Of a DNA stretch of 64,000 nt, positions 1 through 13,729 are shown one piece after another. The notes under the pieces are model-generated. The model did not search any database and was not told the DNA's origin. It saw nothing but the letters and a program-made list of their open reading frames with translations. Where the stretch lies: the NCBI GenBank assembly GCA_013239625.1, contig MU054220.1:1169509-1233508 (forward strand), given 5' to 3'. Source of the stretch: Lama guanicoe. Lineage: Eukaryota. The translations under genes and the position numbers were made by a program. Within the stretch, counting starts at the first letter, position 1, and the number at the start of each line of letters is the position of its first letter.

Positions 1-215
1 ATAGACTGGGATTTCAAAATTGTAGAATAGATAAACAAGATTACACTGTATAGCACAGGGAAATATACACAAAATGTTATGATAAATCACAGAGAAAAAA
101 ATGTGACAATGAGTGTGTATATGTCCATGAATGACTGAAAAATTGTGCTGAACACTGGAATTTGACACAACATTGTAAAATGATTATAAATCAATAAAAA
201 ATGTTTAAAAAAAAA
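1..215 (+). mobile_element. 3' end of a young L1 (LINE-1) with AATAAA and poly(A) tail
   Basis: Near-identical to copies at 19609-19802 and 39441-39975 and to the reverse copy at 7540-7764; ends caataaaaaatgttt-A-run. Confidence 0.8.
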
Positions 216-1085
216 GATTCCATATATAAGTGAGATCATAACAGTGTTTGTAGTTCTCTGTCTGACTTACTTCACTTAGCATAGTGCCCTCTAGGTCCAT
301 TCACGTTATTGCAAATGGCAAGATTTCCTTCTTGTTTATGGCTGAATAATACCCCATTGTATGTATATACAACATTTTTTTATCCATTCATCCATGACAG
401 ACACTTAGGTTGCCTCCATGTCTTAGCTATTGTGAATAATGCTGCAGTGAACGTTAGGGTGCATAAATCTTTTTGAGTTAGTGTTTTAGTTTCTTTCAGA
501 TAAATAGCCACAAATAAAATTGCTGGATCATATGGTAGTTTTATTTTTAATATTTTGAAAAACCTCTATACTGTTTTCCATAGTGACTGTAACAATTTAC
601 TTTACCACCAACAGTGCACAAGGGCTCACTTCTCACCATATCCTTGCCAACATGTTTTTTCTTGTCATTTTTCTGACAATAGCCATTCTAAAGGGTGTGA
701 GGTGATACGTCAGTGTGGTTTTGTTTTGCATCTCCCTGATAATTAGTGATGTTGAGCACATTTTCGTGTACCTGCTGGCCATTTGTATGTCTTCTCTGAA
801 AAAGTGTCTAATCAGACCATCTGCCCCTTTTTAATCTAATTGTTTGGGGGTTTGCTATTAAGTGGTATGAGTTCTTCATATATTTTGGAATTAACCTCTT
901 ATCAGCTACATGATCTGCAGATATTTTCTTCCATTATGTGGGCTGCCTTTTTATTTTGTTTATGGTTTTCTTTTCTGTGCAGAGGCTTTTTAGTTTGATA
1001 TAGATCCACTTATTTATTTTTGCTTTTGTTGTCTCTCTGTTTAATGTCAAATCCAAAAAATATTCACCAAGATTGATGTCAAGAA
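216..1085 (-). mobile_element. Older L1 fragment (ORF2 3' end / 3'UTR), antisense
   Basis: Typical antisense L1 text (gattccatatataagtgagatcat...ctgacttacttcacttagcat...ccattctaaagggtgtgaggtgata); degenerate. Confidence 0.8.
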
Positions 1086-4000
1086 ATGTAGTATTAGACG
1101 CTCTTTATGGTCATGAGGTTGAATCTACATGCTGAAGATAGCCGACTCTGAATTTCTGATAATATTGTTGAAACACCCAGAAGTGTTGGACTTTTGCTTC
1201 TGTATTTCTATAGTTCTCTCTCACTAAGTTGCTTTTTTTTCCTACTGTATGCAGTCAAACCTATATCTAATATATGTATATATAAATAATAAATTGGTAA
1301 AGGATACAAAATTGTATGTGCGTAGTGGTTTTTAGCCCTCTACCAACTTGTCCTTAATGAAATTATTTTATATTTATTGTGTAAAAAATACATTTTGGCC
1401 GGGATTTTTCTTCCTTTCTTGATGTTGTGGCAGAATCAACGGAGAGCTAACTACACAGTGTCCAATGCTAAGTGGTATAATTAGACTTTTACTACTTCTG
1501 TGAATTAAGTAGACATTTTTAAATTTAAAAACAATAAAACAACTGAAAAAATGTTTTCCTTTGTCTCCTATGTTTTCTCCAGTGAGACTATAACAAAGTA
1601 ATTAGCCCTCAATAGACCTACCCTCAGTAGGTAAAGTAATCCCTCAGAAGATCGACGCTCTAGTTAGAGCAGATGTCATCTGTCCACGAGTATCCAAGGC
1701 TCACAGTGTATTGATGATGTTCTTTCTGTAGCTCTCGGTGAGGAAACCAAAGGTGCGCATGAGTGAGAGGCTTCTATCGCAGCCTGCATCCTAAAGTCCT
1801 AGTCTGATACAATACAATCAAGGCATCAAGGAAAAGGAACGGTAGCTCCACTGAGTGTAGCTCTGAACCGAATGCTTTCAAATATACATTAACAAAATAC
1901 AAGTCCTCAGCATAAAAGATAATGAGGCCATGTTGATAGTCAAATCTATTTAACAAATATTTATTGAACACCTACAATGTGCCAGGTACCATGCTGCTAC
2001 ACATTCAAAAGCAATTAAGAAACAGAGAATGCTTAGCCCAAAGAAGCCTCAAAACAAAAGGATTTAACTGCCTTCGACTTTTACCTGCCTGAAACTTTTG
2101 TTAGGATGTAATGAAGGACTATTCTGTGTATCTCCTCAAGACAGAAAGAAGTGCCATGTAGTCATCACACAAATGAAATGAATAATCAGCACTCATTATA
2201 ATCATGATTATGATAGCTACTATTTGTTGAGTCCATGATACCAACCCTATACCATGTTCTTTCCTTAAACCTTTATGAATATCATCTTTTTTAATATTCA
2301 GAATACGTATGAAGTTCATACTATTGTTAATCTTATTGTATTTATGAGAGCAGGTGTGGGGTGAAGTATTTTGATCATGGGTTGTGGGAGAAGGGCAGCT
2401 GGAAGAACATGATGAATTTCAGAGCCTGAGCTCTTCAGATTTTAGCAGGAAGAGATTCATCCCACACCATGAGACAAGCTCATAAAAAATATCTGTAAAA
2501 TGTGATCTAAAAAGGCTGCTTATTCACAAGCACTTACAAAGCACCAGGTAAGAGCATGATATTTAGAGCAGCAAAGAAGGGACAGTGGATAGTCCTGCCC
2601 TTGAGAATTCATAGTCTAGTGAGAAAGAAAAACATACAAAATAATACAATCAAAATGATACGGACAATGATAAAATTATGTAAAAATTGTCATGGACAGG
2701 GGACACAAGTTCAACCCAAGGAGGAGGAAGGTCAGAGAAGGACTCATAAGGGAGGTGACTTCAACCTAGGTCCTAAAGGATGTATAGGAGTTTGCCATGT
2801 GAAAAGTGTGGCAAAGCAGTTCCAGGAAGAAGTGGTAATTTCTCAGGGCTTATTGGTGGCCATCCATGGGCATGATTACTGGGGACAGTGAGGGAAGTAG
2901 GGGAATTTCCTTGGTGCATTTAAAACCACCATTCATTACATGCTCCACCAGCAGTCTAGGAGAAAGGGAAAAGCCCTTAAGGCCTAAAGCATACAGTGAT
3001 ATTCCATGCCTCTGCAAGGAAGCTACCCATATCATTTCCTCTGATCCTCAAGGAGAGCTGGAAGGATGGAGGGAAAATGCAAAGACAGTCTGTAATTCTG
3101 AAGTCAACGGGGGCAAGTGTTATGATATTCTCTAAATTTTTCACCATGATTAAGAGTCTGGTGAGAGGAATTTCTGAGAGAGAAAACAATAATGTAGACA
3201 CAGACTGTCCCATCCTGTTTCAACCAAAAAACACTAAGAGGCATGACAAAAAATGGACTTGGCCTGATCGATTAGAATAAAGGACAGAAGGGCGGAGTAA
3301 ATCTTCGGTATTATTTCCTTCCTCTTCATTCTTAAAGTTAGGTCTAATAAAATTTTTTTTACATTCTATATTTATTTGCATCTGGATAAGGCTAAAAGGG
3401 ATGCCTTTTTCTTTAAAATGTTCGACTTGATCTTTCCCTGCTGATAGCTAGGATCTATACTGTTATGATCTACTTTTCTAGCTATGGAAGATGGACATTG
3501 TGAGAGGAGATCGAAGGACTATTGTGCCAACATGTCACAAGAACTGAAGTTGCTCCTGGGACCTTTCTGGCGCTTGTGATCAGATGATCTAGAGCACAAG
3601 ATGCCAAAACCACCAGAAGAATAGAGAAGTCCCCGGATGCAATTTCCCATTTTCAATTTCCACACTTGTCCACATTAGAAGAGTAGATCAGATTGGTGCC
3701 CTCCTTCTCAAGTACCCCCTGATAATTCCTCTGGCTTCCTTTTTTTTTTAACTAAATATAACTTATTACCATTAAGGAGGTTGAACAAAGAGGGGAGCAT
3801 GAGGAAAGACGAAAGGAAGGAAAGAAGGAAGGAAGGAAGGGGGTAAGGAAGGAATGCAAGGAGATCATAGGACTAAGTGATTTAACCTATAAAATACTTA
3901 TTGGAATGTTCTCCTTTGTATTTGCACTTAGTTTGGGTCTTAGTGTTTCCTAATCCCATGATATTCCTGGAGATCATGAAGCCAATCTGACCTCTGTCCT

Positions 4001-4171
4001 TGGAACAATACCAGAATACATCAGGGAATCTTCAGTTACTAAAGAGAACCATAGCAGTAGTAACATTAAGTCTTTACATTTGTTTCTGCCATTCATAAAT
4101 GTCCCACTAAAATTAAAATCCACTTCAAGAACAGAATAATCAGACACATTTTTTTAATCACTTTCTCATTT

Positions 4172-5101
4172 TCACTCCATCCCTGAGTTCTCCTTTTTGC
4201 CCCACAGTCTCCTCATGGCGATTTTCACCTCTGCGTTTCTGAGTGTGTAGATGATGGGGTTCAGCATGGGGGTGACCACCGTGTAGAACATGGCCACCAG
4301 TTTGTCCTCAGTGAAGGTGAAGGAGGGTCGCATGTAGAGGAAGATGGCAGGACCAAAGAACAACACGACCACTGTGATGTGAGAGGCACAGGTGGAGAGG
4401 GCTTTGCATCTTCCCTCTGCTGAATGCTTCCTCAGGTTGACCAGGATGACAACGTAGGAGGACACCAGGAGAAGGAAAGAGAAGATAGAGAATAATCCAC
4501 TGTTGGCCAACACAATAAGCCCCTCCACAGAGGTGTCGGTGCAGGCAAGCTTGAATAAGGGATGGAGGTCACAGAAGTAGTGATCAATCACATTGGGGCC
4601 ACAGAAGGGCAATTGAATGGTGATGAGAATCTGAATTATGGAATGAAAAAAGCCCCCAAACCAGGAACCAGCCACCAGATGGTGACACACAGGCCGGCTC
4701 ATGATGGTCGTGTAGTGAAGGGGTTTGCAGATGGCCACATAGCGGTCATAGGCCATCACCACAAGCAAGAGTATCTCAGTGACCCCAAAGAAGTGAAAGA
4801 AGAATATCTGAGCCACACATCCCTCCAGGGAGATGGTTTTAATCTTGGCAAGTAAGTCTGTGATGAACTTAGGGACAACAGTGGAGGAGTAAGTGATCTC
4901 CACCAGGGACAGGTAGCTAAGGAAGAAGTACATGGGGGAATGCAGACTCTGACTGACTTTGACCGTCAGAACGATGAGACCATTGCCCACCACCGTGGCC
5001 ACGTACACAGGAAGAAACACCACAAAGCACATTCTCTGCACCTCTGGGTCCTGGAAAAGGCCAGTGAAAATTAACTCAGTCACATTATTCGTAGTGGCCA
5101 T
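4172..5101 (-). CDS. OR4B1: Olfactory receptor OR4B1 ortholog, intact, 309 aa
   Basis: Single-exon ORF with PMYFFL, MAYDRYVAICKPLHY, KALSTCASH and PMLNPIIYTLRN motifs; N-terminus NVTELIFTGLFQDP and C-terminus RRLWGKKEN match human OR4B1 as recalled; adjacent to PTPRJ as in human. ATG is at 5101 (the ORF track starts at an upstream GTG); candidate acceptor AGs at 5123-5124 and 5137-5138. Confidence 0.93.
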   Translation of the reverse strand: MATTNNVTELIFTGLFQDPEVQRMCFVVFLPVYVATVVGNGLIVLTVKVSQSLHSPMYFFLSYLSLVEITYSSTVVPKFITDLLAKIKTISLEGCVAQIFFFHFFGVTEILLLVVMAYDRYVAICKPLHYTTIMSRPVCHHLVAGSWFGGFFHSIIQILITIQLPFCGPNVIDHYFCDLHPLFKLACTDTSVEGLIVLANSGLFSIFSFLLLVSSYVVILVNLRKHSAEGRCKALSTCASHITVVVLFFGPAIFLYMRPSFTFTEDKLVAMFYTVVTPMLNPIIYTLRNAEVKIAMRRLWGKKENSGME

Positions 5102-5495
5102 GGACGCCACTTGAAGGTGGATCTAAGAGAAGAGACCTGTGATGAAACAGACACAGTCCTAACACCAGTCCTTCATGTCTGTGTAGCACGTGCCTGTTGG
5201 TGGGACTCCTTCACACATGATATCTGACTGGTTAATTTATTTATCTGTTTATTTGTTAATACATTAAATGTTTGTTCATTCGGTGCTCAGTGGTCCACTC
5301 TGTGCAAGACCTGATTCAATCCACCTCACAAAAACTCTGTGATCTCCATATTACAAGTGGGAAAACTGAGGCTCAGAGAGATTGTGAATTAGCCAAGCCT
5401 TCTAGTAAGAAAAGGATCCAGAACAAGAACCGGATCATTTTATTCTAACCAGTATGTTATTTCAAGAAACCACACTGAAAAAATAATTACCATTT

Positions 5496-5625
5496 GGGGG
5501 AGGGTATAGCTCAAGTGATAGAGTGCATGCTTAGCATGCACAAGGTCCTGGGTTCAATCCCCAGTACCTCCTCTAGAAATAAATAAACCTAATTACCTGC
5601 CCCCTGCCAAAATAAAATAATAATA
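5496..5625 (+). mobile_element. tRNA-derived SINE (camelid vic-1-like)
   Basis: A-box tagctcaagtg, B-box ggttcaatcc, A-rich tail; six related copies in the window. Confidence 0.85.
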
Positions 5626-7111
5626 ATATTAATAATTAATTGATTGATAATTAATAGTAATAATAACATTTTCAGCATTAATAACCATCCATATTAATGA
5701 CTAACAGTTATCCCAGCCCCATCTGCCTTTGTGTTAGAAATTCTCAAGTGAATTTCTGTTCCTGAGTCTCATCTCTTGTTTTCTCCTTTTATCCCTGAGA
5801 AATGCCAATCTCACTGATATTTCTTCCTTCCTAAAGAGTGTCTTCAGTATTTTCTTTGGATGAACTATATAAGTTTCTGAATTACTTCAGTCTCTATGGC
5901 TTCACCCAATCTCATACCTTCATGAATTTTTACAAACATTTTTTTAAATGTTTGACACCTGTGGTGGAAGCAAACTTCTGGAAGATGTTGAGGGTATAAC
6001 TCACCATCAAACAATAATTCAAATATAATAAACAGGGATTCACCAGTTTGCTGGTTTCTGTCTTCCAGTTTTCCTGCCATTGGCAAAGATTTTTGTCAGC
6101 AGGAGGTGAGGATTTATTTTAATTCAATTTTCTTGACCAAATGTTTTATTAAGCATCTACCACGTGCCTAGGTGATTCAGGACCTGTGAAAGAAGGAAGA
6201 TGGCTCTCACCCTCAGGAAGCTTGCAACTTCATGCAATTAAACAGCACATTTATGAAATCCTGGGAGTTTTCTCTGCTTGTAAAATTGCTTTGAAGAATC
6301 TCTTATTCCTCCTATTTTTCCTTCTGCTGCCTGTGCCTCCATGCTGAAATAGATTAATTACCTCCTTCCCCCCAATTTTTCTCATAATAAGAATTTGAAG
6401 ACAGGGTAAAAATATGCTGAGAGAATCCTCTGGAAGTTAACTGGCTAAAACTGGAGAAGAAATGGGCCATTGCATGGCGTAATAAAAAAGAGGAGGGGCG
6501 CCCAGGAAGAACAACTGAGCAGGCGAGACGAAGCATCTTACTGGTGCAGGGAAATAGAAAGAAGAAAGGCATCAAAAAAAAACACCCAAAGAGGCTGTGA
6601 AATGGTCTGGTGGCCTGGAGCAAACTAAAGCACGTGGTCACCTGGCGTTCCCCACGTTCACTGTCATCCCAGCAACCACAGCAGCAGAGACTGCTGCCCT
6701 GTGTTCAGCTTCCACTGAGTGTTGGATGGTGGTGAGCATGTTACAGTCATCTCCTTATTTAATTCTTCCTGTACAGCTCTGAGAAACCGCAATTCAGAAA
6801 TGTTAAGTTACTTGCAACAGAGAAACACAACTTAAGAGTGATTCAGTCAAGGTGACACCCTGGCTTAACCAGAAAGGGAGGGAGAGGCTTCCTCAATATG
6901 AGTATAGGATGAACTGACGGGGAGAGAGATAGCAAATCGGGACTGGAAAGAGCAGACATGAGGACATTTTTCTAGTGATCATGAAAGAACTACATACCCT
7001 CCCTTGTGCGGCTCAAAGGGAAACCTAGCTTTAGTTACTGGTTCAGTCTCTCATGCCGCAATATTGTTACAAGAGTGCCTGATCCTTGGGTGAAGAAATG
7101 TATCTACATAC

Positions 7112-7350
7112 CTTACAGTCCAGAGTAGACACCAGTCTTTGTGTAGTGAGGGCTAAAACAGGACGAAGACGCTCAAGAAAGACATAGGTCTGTTCCACTC
7201 TATTTTCCTCCGGTAGTCAACAAAGTTGGAGGAAGGAATAGGAAAGCAGTATTAAATCCTCAGGGGGAATTCCTGGAGCCCCTTATTGGTGGGCAATGGA
7301 ATAAACAGTTAAATACGTAACATCAAACTTCTTAATTGCCCCCAGAGGTA
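7112..7350 (-). promoter_or_regulatory. Candidate OR4B1 promoter and 5' non-coding exon
   Basis: Minus-strand donor AAG|GTATGT at 7112/7111; O/E-like tcctcagggg (7257-7266); TAATTG abutting ccccagagg (7333-7348); ~2 kb upstream of the ATG. Confidence 0.4.
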
Positions 7351-7501
7351 AAGAAAGCCAAATTTTAGAAATTGAAGCAACACTCAGGTTTTCAGGTTTC
7401 ATAGAAAGTGATGCCATCCCACGTGCCTTGTATGTCTATTTAACCAAATCCAAGCTACCATCTTCTCATGGCTGGGTTACTATCATAAGCCCCTAACTGT
7501 T

Positions 7502-7764
7502 TTGTTTTTTTTTTGCAGTCTGTAAATTACTTTATTTTCTTTTTTTTTAACTTGTTTTTTATTGAGTAATAGTCATTTTACAATGTTATGTCAAATTCCA
7601 GTGTAGAGCACAATTTTTCAGTTATACATGAACCTACATATATTCATTGTCACATTTTTTTTGCTGTGAGCTATCACAAGATCTTGTATATATTTCCCTG
7701 TGCTATACAGCATAATCTTGTTTATCTATTCTACATTTTGAAATCCCAGTCTGTCCCTTCCCAC
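7502..7764 (-). mobile_element. 5'-truncated young L1 with 18-bp TSD and short 3' transduction
   Basis: TSD cataagc(c/t)cctaactgtt at 7484-7501 and 7765-7782; two poly(T) tracts separated by a unique ~24 nt. Confidence 0.85.
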
Positions 7765-10384
7765 CATAAGCTCCTAACTGTTCTCCCAGCTTCTACTCTT
7801 CTGTCCTGAGGGTTATCCTCCAGAGAACAGAGTCAGCAAGATCCTCTTAAAAGATCAATCAGATCATGTGTCATATATACATTCTCAACAGAGGAAAAAC
7901 AAAAAACAAACAAAAAAACCCCTACTAATGTCTTTCCTGGGTCCCACAGGAAAAACGGCTACAGAGTCCCCCTCATGGTCTATGTGACGTGGCCGCTTGC
8001 TCTTTCCTTGGTCAGTTATCCCACCTCTCTGCCATTTGCTCAGTGCTTTTCAACTGCAGAATGTAGGGCACTATGGGGATTGTCAGGAAATCATCCTAGG
8101 GTCCGGACCAACGTGTAATGTCGTGGCATAGGAGAGAACGGTTGGTAAACTGCAGCTAAAAGTGATGAGCTTCTTGTTAAAATATCTGACTTGACCTTTC
8201 CATTCAGATAGCTAGAATCTGTGCCATTATCATCTTTCAGTAGAGGGATCAGTCCCAGGTTCATGGACCTCTGAAGGGCTGAGGAAAACAACGCAAGAAC
8301 ACCTAGTGGAGCTGACTCACTCTCCCCACGGACTGGTCTAGAGTAGAAGTTATAACAGAGCGTTGCAGGTGACTGCCGCATCTTGGCTCTATCACCCACA
8401 CACCATGTGTCCTTGTGAACAGGTTTTCTTATTTTCTTGGACTGGGGTAACAGTTAATTCTTGACACTGTGGTTGCAAAAATTAGATATGAGATAAAATA
8501 TATAAAGCACTTTACAGGGTTGCCTGGCAAACAGGAAGCTCTCAATAAATGGTAGCTATTATTAGCTCAGACTTCCTGGTATTTATTCACATTTCTCTCT
8601 GCTTTCTCTTCCCCCCTTGCCCAAGAGAAAGACAGTTAATTGGTAACTAATTACCTCACCTTCCTGCCAGCACTTTCCCCAGAAAAGCCCTCACTCTAAG
8701 GTCAAGGATTACAAGGTAACCCATGGATTACATGTAAAAGTCTAGGTAGGTGAGTAATGGTCTAGACCCTAACTAGGTAGAATTTCATCCTCTAACATAA
8801 AAAGCCCCAGTTAGAGAAATCTGACCAGGACAAGACAATAAAGTGATAGAGAGCCTGGAGGACTATTACAAGGAGCTCAAAGCCGCATCACTAAGGTCTC
8901 GTTCCCATGACTCACTTTGGGTCCTCAAGCAGTACTTCGTGGAACCCCAGAATGAGAATGACAAAAAAAATTTAGTTAATATCCTGTCCAGTCCTCCCCT
9001 TACAGAGGCAGAAACTGAGGCTCATGGCGGGGAAGTGACTCAGCCTAGATCACATGGTGGTCTGGAGCCTCTTACTCACCTGTGACATCCTCTGGGCAAG
9101 GCATTACCTACCTTGTTGGGCAATGTTCCGTCTTAGAGCAAGGAGTTGAGCATGAAGGCTCAGGAAATATTTCTCCCTCCGTGGCAAGAACCCGTCACTC
9201 AAAGGGATGTCCTGGGCTGGGGAGACAGAAGGGGTGAGCCCTGGAGCACAGGGAGGCTCTCTCCAGCAAAACTCTTCCACGGGGCTTCCTCCTCTGCAGT
9301 GCAGACCCCCAGTGGTCCGAGCTGCTTCATCTCAGCTGAGGCACCAGACGAAACTAAGGAAACTTTAGAGGCGAAAAGAGATTGGTAGACCGTTCATCCA
9401 ATCTCCTTAGTTTACCCTCGAAGCAGCTGAGGGCCAGAGAGTTTTACTGGCTTCTCGGAGTCACACGGCTGCTTACTGGTCAGGTTGCTGGGGTGCTGTC
9501 TCCGAGATACTGGGATTCTTTCTCGTGATTTTGATTTTGCGATTGTTGTTGCCAACTAACAGTGTCAGTTTTGCTACCATACAACAAAACTCCATGGGTT
9601 CCACGACCTTTTAGAGAACAAACAGCCTATGGCGATGTGAATAAATCACAAAAGGAAGGATTCAGCAAATCAGTCCCATGGCCAATCTTTAGATCAGCAA
9701 TTTAGGAACAGAAAAATAGCTAAAAAATACAGCTAACCAGTAAGTTCTAGATCCTGTTGTTGGTTTAGAAAACCACTTACTCTCTAGAAGACCAAAGAAT
9801 GTTTTTCAATATTAAGATACTTGAACTATTTAAAATAAATTGAGCCACATGCTGTGATCAAGGGACCAAAGTCCCCACAGAATTTTTTGTCTCTAGTGTG
9901 AAACATTTCCAAGAACCTGAGTTAGGAAAAGATTCAAAGTGTGTTCAAATTAATTCGCTTAGAGAACTTTGTGAAGTTATAAATATCCAGTAATTGTGCA
10001 CTGAGAGAGGGAAACTGAAAATATGGCATTAGGAGAGTTTTTTGCCCCAATTTTCTGAGTTTCCACGGGTATATGAGTCTGAAGGGAGAAGAGAAGAAAG
10101 GACTGGCCAGGTGGGAGCTATGAATGGGATGAATTTAGGCAAGTTCCTTCACCTCTGTGGTTTGCAGTTTACAGACATAAAACAGAATTGGATTAGATTA
10201 TCTTTCATGTCCTTTCTAACTCTGACCGTCTATGCTTCAAGAACACTTAGACTTAAATATCCCAGAAGTGATGATGATGATTCATTGCCATTTACTGGGT
10301 ACCTACCGTGTGCCAGGCACTATACCAGACACTTGGCAGCCATTATCTCCGATAGTCACAGCAATCCTGCAAGGCAGATTTTCT

Positions 10385-10986
10385 TATTGAGTACTTTTTG
10401 TTTCCTCCACAGCATCTATTTTCCTCTCTTCATGACAAAACTACCCAGATTTTGCTTTGGAGAAACCACACCACCCAGATCCCAGCTACATAATGCGGGT
10501 GATGCTGATCACCTAGAGACGGGTTTTGACGGATTTAAGCAGGTGTCCATAAACCATCCCCTGAGCACAATATTAGTTCAGGGATGGAAAGTAACGCAGT
10601 CAGGAAGACAGGGAGACATCTGAGGGATTCACAGGAAAGCAGCTTACTCTGTCTTGGGCAGAACATATCAGAAGAGACAGAAATATTTGCCTGAAGTGGT
10701 TTTGAGTGAGTCTGTGAGGTCTAGAACCGCAACAGCAAATTTGTGACAAAGAAGAATCTTGAGCTTCCAGAGACCCACCACGTGAGACCCAGAAAGGCAG
10801 TTAGTATCACAAAAGGAAGGGTGAGGAGAGGGCAGAGTAACATTTGAGCCACTGCATCAAGTCTCTCTTGGAGCCTACCTTGCATCGGATCTTTTCAGTC
10901 ACAGAAGGTAATGACTTCCATTATTTTTGAAAATACATGGAATAGGATTTTCTCAGTTGAATCATAAAGAGTTCTAACTGGTACAA
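10385..10986. mobile_element. Old MaLR (MLT1-type) LTR relic
   Basis: Degenerate MLT1-like ends (...aatcataaagagttctaactggtaca); subfamily not determinable by eye. Confidence 0.45.
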
Positions 10987-12409
10987 TATTATTATTTTTA
11001 TCTTACTATTGGAATTCTGGGTCTAAGACTACCTATTTACTCAAGGTTACCCAGAAGTTGGGGTTATAGCTCTCCTATCTCTCGTTCCCCAAAAATGTTG
11101 TGACAAAAATGAGAACAGGAAAATGAAAATGCTAAAGTGCAAAAGTGAAGGTGTATTTAAACACGAGTAATATATTCATAAACAAGTGTTATTGTTTATC
11201 TCTAGGAGTCGTATTATAAGCGTGTTTAGAAATCTTTATTATTGGTAGCTTCCAAATGTGTCTCTGAAGTAATGTGTATATGAAAAAACAATCTTTTAAA
11301 AAATAGATTATTCCTAAAGATTCAGGAAATAGTCTCTACAAAATCAAATAAAAACTGCCCTAAAAAAAAAAAAGGAAAAAGAAACTTGTGAGTCCCAGAG
11401 ACATAAATATAAACCCCGGGTTTGGAGATTATACTGTGCAAACTCAGGAAGAAAACATAGGTTAAAACCTCATAGGATTCTTCATTGTGAGTTCACACCA
11501 ATGCCAGTCTCCTCCCTCCCACACCTGTTTCTGGTCATTGTAGACCGGTGAAAATGTCACCCACAATAGTCTCACGAATTTTCGGAGCTGCACCATTCTC
11601 TACCTTGAATTACACATTGAGAAGAAGATGCCAATTCTTGGGGAAACATTGCAGGTGCCATACGGGATGGCTTCTGTACTCATGAAGAAAGGAAACTTCT
11701 GGAACAAACTGATAGCTCTGAGACACTATATTGCCATGACTTTAAAATGTTCAAAAAAAAAAAGTTTAGTTTTAAAAGCAAGCATAGCATAATGGAGAGA
11801 CTGCATCAGGAAAAGATGGTTTCAGATTCTATTTCCACCACTTCGTAGCTTTATAACTTTGTACAATTTAGTTAACAGCTTTTAGTGTCAGCTTTCTCAC
11901 CTGTTAAATGGGGGTAATAACACATACCTTCAGGATTGTTAGACTATGGAATGAAATAACCTGTGTTAAAATGTTTATCTAGCAAATGCTTGATACGTGG
12001 TAGGTGTTCCATAAATGTTAATTAGGATTTTTAACTTTCGTAGGTGGACTATTACCCAGTTTAATGTGTAGGTCTTTGTGTCAAATTTTATAGGGGAGGC
12101 GGCACTAAATGAAAAATCAAATTAGTAGCACCAAAAATAATTACCAGTATTTTTTGATGAAACAAAGTGTCTGATAAAAACATTTCTTCCTCCTCTTTGG
12201 TGGCAGATACTGCTAATACTTCACTTCCTTTATTCTCTTCTAATCTTGCTCAGAGGAAAATAGTCACCTTCCCAGGCTCCCGTACAGTTAGACACGACCT
12301 TATGATCCAAGTCTGGTCAATGAAATGTGAGCAAAGGTAACTGGTGGAGCTTTTGGAAATTTTTTTAAAGAGATCATACTTAATTGGTGTGCCCAATTAG
12401 CACCTAATC

Positions 12410-13400
12410 TTATAATGCAGACCAACAGTGTTGTGTAAAAAGTCCAGAGACACACACATACATATGTGGACACTTGCTTTATTGCAAATGTGCACAGAAG
12501 AGCCATAGATGAAGGACACACTTTACAATATATAGTGTTACTTTGACTGGCTATCCATAAAAAAAAAAAATGTATCTTGGACCCTCCCTCAGAGAATACT
12601 CAAAAGTTAATTGCAGGGGGGTTTTAGATCTAAATTTGAAAAGTAAAACAATAAAGCATCTAGGGATTAATGTAGAGGAATATATTTCAAACTTGAAATA
12701 GGGAAGGATTTCTTAAAGAGGACACAAGTGGTATTATTGTCTTTTTCTTTAAGATACTGTAAAAAAAATATCAGAGACTGGTAAGTTATAAATAACAGAA
12801 TTTTTTTTTTCTTACAGTTCTGAATCCTGGGAAGTCCAAGATCAATGTATCAGCAGATTCAGTGTCTGGTGAAGACCCAGTTTTTGGTTCACAGAAAGCA
12901 CTTTGCTGTGTCCTCACACCATATAAGGGATGAGCGCTAGGGTTTCTCACGGGGGTTCCACCCTTATGACCTAACCACCTCTTAAAGGTGCCACCCTCAA
13001 TACCATCTCATTGGGGGTTAAGATTACACAGATGAATTTTGAGGGACAAAAACATTCAGTCCATAACAACTATCATGATGAAAAAGATCAATAAGTTAGA
13101 TTACGTTAAAATAAGAACTTCTGTTCCTCAAAAAATACCATTAAATGAGAAAAAGCAAGTTATAAAATTGGGAAAGGAGACAATATATATGTAGAGATAG
13201 AGACAGAAACATATATAGGTATGGCAAGGGGATTGTACCAAGATTATATAAAAAAGGACTTCTACAGAAATAGCAGGAGAGATAACCTAATAATGGAATA
13301 AAAAACAGAACTTCATACAAAAACTATCAAAATGGCATGAAATTCATGAAACAGTGTTCGATATTAGCAAAATTCTAATTTGAAACAGTAAAATAGGATG
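12410..13400 (+). mobile_element. Old L1 ORF2 fragment interrupted by an MLT1A-like LTR (~12730-13068, antisense)
   Basis: L1-like A-rich text (aagtccagagacacacacata..., aaaataagaacttctgttcctcaaaa) flanks MLT1 motifs (gggaagtccaagatca...aacattcagtccataaca). Confidence 0.6.
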
Positions 13401-13729
13401 GGCTAGGGAATGCATATAGAGATAGACGTAACTTATTCATAATGTCTAACACTGGGATTACATTTTGGTTTACAGGAATTTACTTATGAAACTAACTTAT
13501 TAATTAATACTGAATAGGTCATGCATGGAACAATGATGACAGTCAGTCTCAAAACAACAATCTTAATTACTTCAATGCAGTTAAACCAAGGCCATGAGAA
13601 CAAATCCAAAGAAACCATGCAATGCAATATAAGTGCTTATAATAATGCAGGATACAAAGTATTTAACCAGTGGAATCCATTGTTGTTCAGTTTAAAAATG
13701 GGTACCAGATGTGAAATCCGAGGTGGTCT

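Noticed and set aside
5102..5110. MAS extension of OR4B1 in the ORF track
   Set aside because: Starts at GTG; the real ATG is at 5101
10042..10623. 193-aa ORF between the OR genes
   Set aside because: Non-ATG start; spans MIR and MLT relics; no homology recognised
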